This document shows positions 1 through 9,100 of a stretch of DNA of 34,293 nucleotides, in pieces. This stretch comes from Macrostomum lignano (taxonomy: Eukaryota): NCBI GenBank assembly GCA_002269645.1, contig NIVC01003965.1, positions 1 through 34,293 on the forward strand, read 5' to 3'. The translations under genes were made by a program, and so were the position numbers. The notes beneath the pieces were generated by a model. That model made no database searches and was not told the DNA's origin. It worked only from the letters and a program-made list of their open reading frames with translations. Every line of letters begins with the position of its first letter. The first letter of the stretch is position 1.

Positions 1-111
1 ATCTCCAGTTGAAGAAGTCTTTCCTGGCGTGTTGAAGTCGGGTACCAGTTTGTCGCTGGTTGGCTCTCGGATCAAGATTTGTGCATTGAACACGTTTCCA
101 GCGATGCACAG
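1..111 (-). CDS. Exon 18 (partial): domain 11 C-half
   Basis: ttgcag|LCIAGNVFNAQILIREPTSDKLVPDF..., open to the window edge. Confidence 0.82.
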   Translation of the reverse strand, partial: MCIAGNVFNAQILIREPTSDKLVPDFNTPGKTSSTGD

Positions 112-3100
112 CTGCAATCACGATCGTTGACGATTAGTTAGATTAATGTTATATACGAGCGTAGTTACTAAGCGAGTAAGCATATCCATATCGAAAACAG
201 GAATACAACATCTAAACTTTACCCTTGAAATCACAGCAGCGGGTCGGCAGCCAAAGACAGTAAGATCGATTTTCAATGCGGCTTTGAGGGGAAGAATGTA
301 TCCAAAAAGCTCTCTGTATGTGCCACCAGTGACTGCGAATGATGGCAGCAAGTCCGAGCGACTGAAGGCATCAACGAGGCATGCTGAAAATCAAGTAGTC
401 AGTTTGCACAAATGATTAATCGCATCTTGTAAGCTGGGTTTCCAAAGAAACTCGAGAACTAAAACTAAAAAGTTTCTTTTTAAACGTTGTTTTAACTTAC
501 AAGTAGTAGTAGTCGGGGTTGTTATTGTAGTTGTTGGAGTCGTCGTCACAGTCGTGGTGGGCGTAGTTGTAGTTGTAGTAGTGGTAGGTGTAGTTGTTGT
601 AGTGGAAGTCGAAGAGGTGCTTGTCGATGTTGGCGTTGTTGTAGTTGTAGATGACGTTGGTAGAGTAGTTGGCGTTGTGGTTGTTGAAGTTGTTGTTGGT
701 GTACTTGTTGTGCTTGTTGACGTACTTGTGGTAGGCGTGGTAGTTGCTGTGGTTGTCGTGTGTGTTGTAGTCGTTGTGGTTGTTGGTGTTGTTTGACATG
801 TGTCGTTAAGCGGCAAAAAGCAAGCTCGTATAGTCAAGAAAAACTGATAGTTCGTTGCAGGAGCTCGAAGAGCAGTAGGCTTGACTTGGAGCTCAACCAT
901 GTCGATGTTCAAATTGTAGCACAGTTGAGAGCTACTAGTTTCATAGTTTATTGAGTCGGCGAAGATAACCGGATAGTCGGAATATGTTCTTCGATATATT
1001 ACGTTTGCCATCTTCACATTACCTCCAATTAGACAAACCTGTAATAATGAGAATCAGGGAAGCCGTGCCGGTTTTGATGAACCAAAAATGTTTAGTAGTG
1101 ACTTAAAACTGACCTGCGCTTTTCCTAGAATCTTATTTATTTTTCTAGTGTTGAAGCTACCTACATAACAAAGGCACTACAGTGCAAAAGCAAAATAAAA
1201 TATAACAAAATTGTGGTTTAATAGACTTTCACTGTTAAGCCAGAGAAGATTAAAAATAAAAGCTGCGTCATCTTTCGTTGTACCCTATTATACATACCTG
1301 ATAAACAGTCAAGGCTCCCCGGCATCCACGAGCTGTGAGGTCAATCGCTATGTATCCACCGCTGGAAACTGAAATGTTCCAGCCAGTAGCGCCGTCAAAC
1401 GTCGCACCAGTGATCGTAAATTGCGGCAAGTACACAGGACTCGATAAACCATTAACGACGGGACAAACTGTAATGAACGTGAAAATGTCTTATTTATTAA
1501 GTTATTAATACACTACTTCTCGAATACAGCTCTCAATAACAATTGAGCACTTAAAAGAATCATGTAACGATCCTATTTACTTGTTGTGGGCACTGTTGTA
1601 GTACTTGTACTTGTCAGAGTAGTTGTAGTGGTAGTGGTCGACGTTGTCGGCGTAGTTGGTGTGGTTGTTGTGGGTGTTGTAGTTGTTGTAGTGGTCGTTG
1701 TTGTCGGAGTTGTCAAGCAGGTATTATTCAAAGGTGTGAAGCAAGCCTTGATTGTGATGTAAGCTCGAAATGCCGTGTCGGAGCTGAAAGCGCTCTTCAA
1801 CTGTTGCGGTGAGATGCGCACACCAGTGAGCATCATTCCTGTAGGCGGAGTGAAGCACAACGGATCGGAAACCCCAGTAGCTGACTGGCTTGCAGACGGA
1901 AGATTCGGACTGAATGGTCCTCCGTATGTAGTTTGATACAGGATGTAGGAACTCTGAATGTTTCCTAGTAGACAAATCTGCAAAAACCGTTGTGTGGTAC
2001 ACAATGTGCATTGTCTAGTGGTATGTCTGAAATGTATTAGCAAAGTGTCACGTTGTAACGAAATTCCTGCTCAATACTCACGCTCTCAACAGTAATTGGC
2101 ATGCGGCAGCCAAACACGGAGATGTCCACTGTCATTGCGTAGGTACCACCAGTTCGAATCATGTACCCTGAAACAGTGTAATTGGCTCCACTGACTGCAA
2201 ATGATGGAATAAAGCGCTCATCCGACAAGCCATCAACTGCACATGAAGGCGTAGTTGTAGTAGCAGTGGTCGTTGTGCTCGTCGTCGTGCTCGTCGTTGA
2301 TGTCGACGTGGTGGGTGTAGTTGTCGCTGTTGATGTTGTCGTCGGTGTAGTCGCAGTCGTTGTTGTGCTCGTCGAAGTGGTTGGTGTTGAAGTTGTCGTT
2401 GAGGTAGTCGTCGTAGTACACGATACTGGCAGAGGAGTGAAACAGGCCTCGATGGAAAGGAAAAACTGATACAACGAATCGCCTGAGGCTGCGCTTTTAA
2501 ACTCTTTCGGAACAATTCTCAGCTCGGAAATGGGAAGCATTGGGTAGTAGCACAGCGGTGTAGCAGTGTCACTTGTATTGTACAGCGACTGCTCGAAGAA
2601 GTCCCAGTAGAGGGTGGAGCCTTGACGGATGATAAGATCAGCTCGTTTTACATTACCGCCGAACAGACAAATCTAAAACGGAACGCATCTAATTTTAGCA
2701 TTTGAAATTGCTATTTTATTTAAATATCAAGAAAAGAACAAGTTACATACCCTATTAATTAGGATCGTGTGTGCGGCAACCGGATACAGAAATGTCCACA
2801 TAGACGCCTTCCACTGAGCCTCTGGTACATTATATCCTGTTAACGGATTATAACTAGGAGCATTGATAGAAGAACTAGGAATCAAGACGCCGTTGAGTCC
2901 GTTCACCAAACAGGATGTTGTTGTCGACGGAGTGGTTGTAGTAGTGCTAGTTGCTGTTGTGGTCGATGTCGGCGTTGTGCTAGTAGTTGTGGGAGTTGTT
3001 GTTGTGGATGAAGTAGTCGACGTTGTAGAAGTCGTTACAGGTTGAGTTTGACAGGCCGTAGACAGAGGCGCGAAACAGCCCTCAAGGCTCAGGAAGAATA

Positions 3101-6100
3101 AATAATTCGTTTCCAGCGACGAGCTGTTCAGTAGTGCGACTGGCGTGATTGCAATTCCTGTCGCGTTTGCTCCCAGAGTTATGCAAAGAGGAGTCAACGA
3201 AGACGAGACAGATACCAAATTGGATTCCAAGACAAGATCAAACCGACCGGTCGGATAAGTCGTCTGGGTAGACACTGTTACCTGCCTTACATTTCCTGTC
3301 ACACAAACTCTCGTTAGGTATGTAGGAACAGGATTACATCCTCCAGCTGTCAAATCTATGATAAGATCTCGTCTCGGACTCACTGGCATCTCGTATCGAC
3401 CAGTTACATAAGTGGCGCCGGTAATGGCCCAATCAGGTATGTACTTTCTATCACTAAGGCCATTGAGTGCTGGACAAATTGTAGGCTTGACAGTAGTTGT
3501 AGACGTTGTTGTCGTTGACGTTGTCGTAGGAGTTGTAGTTGTGCTGGTAGTTGTAGGTGTTGTAGTGGTTGTTGAAGTAGTCGTCGGTGTAGTAGTAGTG
3601 CTACTAGTTGTAGTAGGCGTTGTAGTCGTGCTTGTAGTACTCGAAGTCGGAGTGGTTGATGTAGTTGTTGAAGTGGGGGTTGTTGGTGCGACTGTGGTAG
3701 ACATCGTCGTTGGAGTTGTAGTGGTAGTAGGAGTAGTCGATGTCGATGTTGTTGGTGTAGTTGTGGTTGACGTTGTCGTTGGTGTCGTTGTCGTTGACGT
3801 CGTCGTGGGTGTCGTTGTTGTGGTGGTGGTTGTTGTAGTCGTAGTAGTGAGACAGCTGGCATTTAAGGCAGTGAAGCAGCCGTAGATATTCATGTAAAAC
3901 GTGAAATCTGATCCTGTTCCAGGAGTCATTGTCTGTGGCATCAGCTGCAAACCGGTGATGTCTCTGTTCACTTGAAGACAAAGTAGCCCGTTTCCACCCG
4001 TAACGGATGCAGGGAAAAGCACAAGCCTAGAATCCAGATTGTTCTGTACTGAAATCAGAGTCGTTTGCACATTTCCACCGAGACAGACGCTAAAAATTCG
4101 AATTGGCGCACGACATCCGCGAGCTGAGATATCCACCATTATTGAACTAAGTTGTGGAACAACAAATGCTCCTGCTCGATTAATAGATGCCCCAGAAATG
4201 TCTTGATCTGGTATAAACTGCGCGCTTGTCATTCCGTCGACCACAGGACAGTCTAAAAATCATATTTTTACAGACAAATTATGAATTATAACAAAAAAAC
4301 AATAAAATGAAACGAAAAGGTTAGATTTCTATTACTACTAATTCTTACAGGTCGTAGGTGTAGTTGTTGTAGTAGAAGTTGTTGTCGGCGTCGTCGGAGT
4401 AGTGCTTGTCGTTGTGCTGGTTGTCGTTGAAGTAGTTGAAGGCGTGGTTGTAGTTGTACTGGTTGTTGTAGGAGTTGTTGATGTCTTCGAACTTGTTGTA
4501 CTTGTTGTTGGCGTGGTTGTTGATGTCGTTGTAGTAGTTGTGGTTGTTGTAAGGCAGGACGAGTTTAAGTTGCTGAAGCAGCCATAGATCGATAAGAAGA
4601 AGTAGTAGGAACTTGCTGTCGTCTTGAATAGCTGCGGTTCTACCTGAACACTGATGACATCTCTGTTTACATCAATGCACAGAATTTCTCCTTCCTTTGC
4701 AGTGAGCGTAACCGAGTCAGGGATCAGGTAGGGAATCACGTCTGTGTTGAATCGCACCAGAACAAATGCTTGAGCAACGTTTCCAGCTATGCAAACCTAA
4801 AATTTAGGTTAGTGTGATATTATAGTCAATGATTGTGTCAGTTGGCAGAAATGCTGCTTTTCTTACTCTTAGAACCCGAGTTGCGGGACGACAGCCTCTC
4901 GACGAGATATCGACAATGACAGACGTTCTAGGCTGAAGTGTAAACGCTCCTGAGACTTGACGAGTGCTGTTACCGAATGTCGCAATGTCGATAGCGGGAT
5001 CATCGAAGGGTACAGCATACCATCGACACTGGGGCAATCTGCAATTGAGCGCCAGATTTATGCAATATAAAATTCCAATGCCCATACAGAATCGATAGAA
5101 AAGACAGTCAACAGTTTTGTAAATGGATTTACAATTTAATTGTCTAGAAATGAACTCACAGGTTGTACTCGGGGATGTTGTAGTCGTACTTGTTGGTGTC
5201 GTTGTGGTCGGCTTCGTTGTCGTGGTCGTCGACGTTGTTGTTGGAGTTGTTGATGTAGTCGTTGTTGTTAATGTTGTTGTTGGAGTAGTTATAGTCGTCG
5301 AACTGGTCGGTGTGGTGGTCGTTGTTGAAGTCGATGTCGTAGCACTTGTGGTAGTTCTAGGTGTAGTAGTTGATGTAGTAGTTGACGTCGTAGTCGTTGG
5401 CGCAGTGCAAGTGCTCGGCAGTGGTTCGAAGCAACCCTCAATGGTGACGGAAAACCGGAAGTTTGTCGCAGCCGAATCATACGACTTTACCAACTGAGGA
5501 GCAATTCTCACTGCCGATATGTTGAATCCGATCGAGTAGCAAAGCGAGTCGGCCATGGCGTCGCCGGTGGTTGTGAAAGATAGCTCAGAAAAGACCAGAT
5601 TTCCAGTGACGCTTCTTTTTAAGTGAATGTTAGCTTGTTTGATGTTTCCGTACAGACAGATCTGAATTTTTTAATGGAAAAATGGAATTCTAAAGAAATT
5701 GCTTAATAATTGTTTATTAACAATAGTTTTATTCAAAAAGCTCTACCCTTTCAATGTAGACTGGATTTGGTCGGCATTTCACGGCAGACAGATCGATATC
5801 CATAAAACCAGAGGTGGACCTTAAAATGCTGTATCCAAATGTGGGGTCAGACGAGACTCCGCTGATAGAGTAGGACGGGATGTAGGTACTGCTAGTCAGT
5901 CCATTGATCAGTGGGCAGACTGCAATAAAACAGGTACATACGTTTCCAATATTTCGTTTAGACCTTTGTTTTTAATTACTCCTAATTACTTGAAAATTAG
6001 GCAAAAAAGTAAGCATTGGACTTTTATGAGTCTAAATGTACCGTTTTGAAAGTTATTGAGAAATACTTAAAAATCAGAGTAGCTCGTAGTTATAGTACTC

Positions 6101-9100
6101 GTAAATAATTTTAGTCATTGATTTTTCATTCTGTAAGAATTGATGTTTTTCGTAATGCTGCTAGCTGGCTGTGAGTACCTGACTGGAGTAGCCTTTGTGG
6201 CTCACTTTTTTATTGGCTTGGTTGAATTCGTGAAATTCACTCTCTGGGTCAGTAAAGCTTTCTCCATCACATTCTCAACTCCATTTGTGATCATCTGTGG
6301 CGGGATGCCTGACTTGGTATTAGAATTTTGCCGCGCCGCTCATATGTGGCCCTGACGGCCTCTGAGGTGCTGTGTAGTAATGCCCCATTCTCCCTTCTCG
6401 CTTAAATGTAATGCTGCCAAATTTATTGTCTGAGAGGACTTCTACTTCTCGTATTGTGGTCCTTATTTCCATTAACTTGTTGACAAGCAAGTTAACAAAG
6501 CAAGTTAACTTTTATAAACGATACACAAAGGATGCAGAATGCTCTGCGAGGTGTAGCTTGGAGGTGATGCATTCCAATTTTTAGCTCCCCTCCCATGTCC
6601 ATGCAATGGGTTTGATTTTACTTGCAGTCACATAGAGTCACATCGACTTTTTGTAAATCAGGAGTCGGAGAACGTCAGCTCGTGGGCAAAGCCTCTCTAT
6701 CCGGCCCTCGGGTCCTTCAAAACTTCACAATTAGCAATCCGGCCCGCTCAATGTATACATCTCTACCCAGCGCTCTGCTCTCTAACCTTCTTTCTCCTCT
6801 CTTCCTTCCGGCAGGAAAATTTTTCCACGGGAGGTTTTCCCACCGAGTCTTTCCTGCCGAGTTTTCCCCGCCGAGATTTTCCCGCAGCGAGGTTTTCCCG
6901 AAGAGGTTTACCAGTCTGAATTTCAAGTCCTATTGAAAATTGTTGACCCTGTTTTTATCTGTAGCAACATAAATCCTTCAAACTGATTTGTTAACTCTGC
7001 TGTGTAAAACAGAACTTCTACTTAGCAGAAGTTATTTCTGTTTTAAAGAGGATGTGAACTTAAGCGCGATTTGGAAGCCGTGAGTCCAGCAACCAAACCG
7101 CTGCGAAATTCTCACTATTCAGACCCGAAATAGACAAGAAAAACGTAATTGATCTTTCTTCCACCCCGGCCGCTTCTGCTTGGTATAAATGGGAAAATGG
7201 GGATTTTATGTGAACTTAAGGCTCTGAAATGGAAGCGGTGGCCGATTCCAGTAGAGAGATCCGATAGAGAAACCGGCTCAATCGGCCACCGCTTCCATTT
7301 CAGAGCCTTAAGTTCACATGAAATCCCCATTTTCCCATTTATACCAAGCAGAAGCGGCCGGGGTGGAAGAAAGATCAATTACGCTTTTCTTGTCTATTTT
7401 GGGTCTGAATAGTGAGACTTTCGCAGCGGTTTGGTTGCTGGACTCACGGCTTCCAAATCGCGCTTAAGTTCACATCCTCTTTAGAAACTGTTTTAGAGCG
7501 CTTTAATACCACAGATCTGCAATGAACCATTCATTGTAGAACATGGCCAACCGAAGTAAAATGACGCGTTTCTTTGTAAATCGTACAAGTTGAAATGGGG
7601 GCCGATTTTCATTGCAAAATTCATTGGCGATATAAGGAGGTGTTCGCTTTTTAGTTCTAAAAAAAGCCGAATAGCTCCCCTTCTGACAAGTGAACAAGTC
7701 GACATTTCCTGGGGGTCACTCACTCATAAATTAACAAGCTATTGTTTTATGAAATACTTACTAGGGGGACTCGTCGGCAAGCAAAGTTACGGAGAAAATT
7801 TCACCTGTTCGTATTTCTAATGTATTGTTCTAGACGGGTTTTTCTCCTTGAACGAAACCTCTCCCTGCTCGCTTAATTCGGAATTCGGAAATCCATAATA
7901 TGAGATATTATGGATTTAGTGCTAAAATTAGTGACAGCTTCTTATGTTGCTAATGCATTTTTGCAGAAAAAAACTGGTTTCCTATGAAATTTACATGATT
8001 TTCGAGTGTAACATCCTTCTACTTCAGCTGTCCACGCCATGAGATACTTTATCTATACGTACATCTGGTCCACTATACATATATATCATTTTTAACATAA
8101 ACACATTATATGCTTATCTCAGTAGTTATCTTCAGCCTGAAGATTATTTTGTAAATTTATCTTTTTTGCAGAGAGGGATAAACTTTTGATAACCTTTTGG
8201 TAATCCCTCTTGAACCTTTTGGTTATTGTTGAGGAATAATCCTTTTGGTTCAGAAGGGATTACATAGAAGTTGGGTGCTAAAAAGGGCTTAAAAGTATTT
8301 AGTGCAGCTGGATAGACTAAGAGCAGAGACTAAATGAGGGTAGTGAAGAGATTTAACTACCCTCATATAGAACTGCTGTAGTTCGGAGCACCGAATTAAA
8401 ACAATTGAAACCCATACAAATCACATGGCTTCGAATGAAAAATGCTCAGCAGTATAAAACCTACTTGTTGGCTTAGGAGTCGTAGAAGTTGTCGTAGTGG
8501 TTGTTCCAGTGGTGCTCGTGGTCGGTGTGGCAGTCGTTTGCGTTGTGGATGAAGAAGTTGTGCCAGTTGTAGTTGTCGCAGGTGTCGTCGTAGAAACTGT
8601 TGTTGGAGTTGATGTCGATATTGAAGTAGTTTGTGTAGATGCTGTCGTGCTGGTTGTAGTTGGAGTCGTTGATGTGGTGGATGTGGTTTTAGTAGACGTT
8701 GGTGTTGTTGGGGTAGTGGTAGTGCTTGTAGTTGTTGTTGGCGTTGTCAGACACACTGCGGAAAGCGGCAAGAAGCACGCGTTGATCGTGAGGTAGAACT
8801 GGTACTGGGTTTTGTTCGGTGCCGACGACTTGAACTCCAATGGAAAAATTCCAATCTTGGCCGCAACTAGTTTAATGTCGTAGCACAGATCTCCAACATC
8901 GCTCGATACGGATGCTGATCTCGGCACGGGAACGAACGGTTTATCGAATGTTTCCCCGTACAAAATGTTGGCCCTTTTTACAGTGCCACTGATACAGATC
9001 TGAAACGAGTTATTGTTAGGTGAAGAAATTTCTTAAATAAATATAATTTTTAAACCAAAGTCGTGAGAATTCGAATTTGTTGAATCGCTTGTAAAATATC

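Noticed and set aside
7115-7412. Twin 87-aa ORFs on opposite strands
   Set aside because: Consequence of the palindrome.
7038-7495. CTGTTTTA direct repeat as an 8-bp (hAT-type) TSD
   Set aside because: It would leave asymmetric ends; TTAA/TA flanks fit the inverted repeat better.
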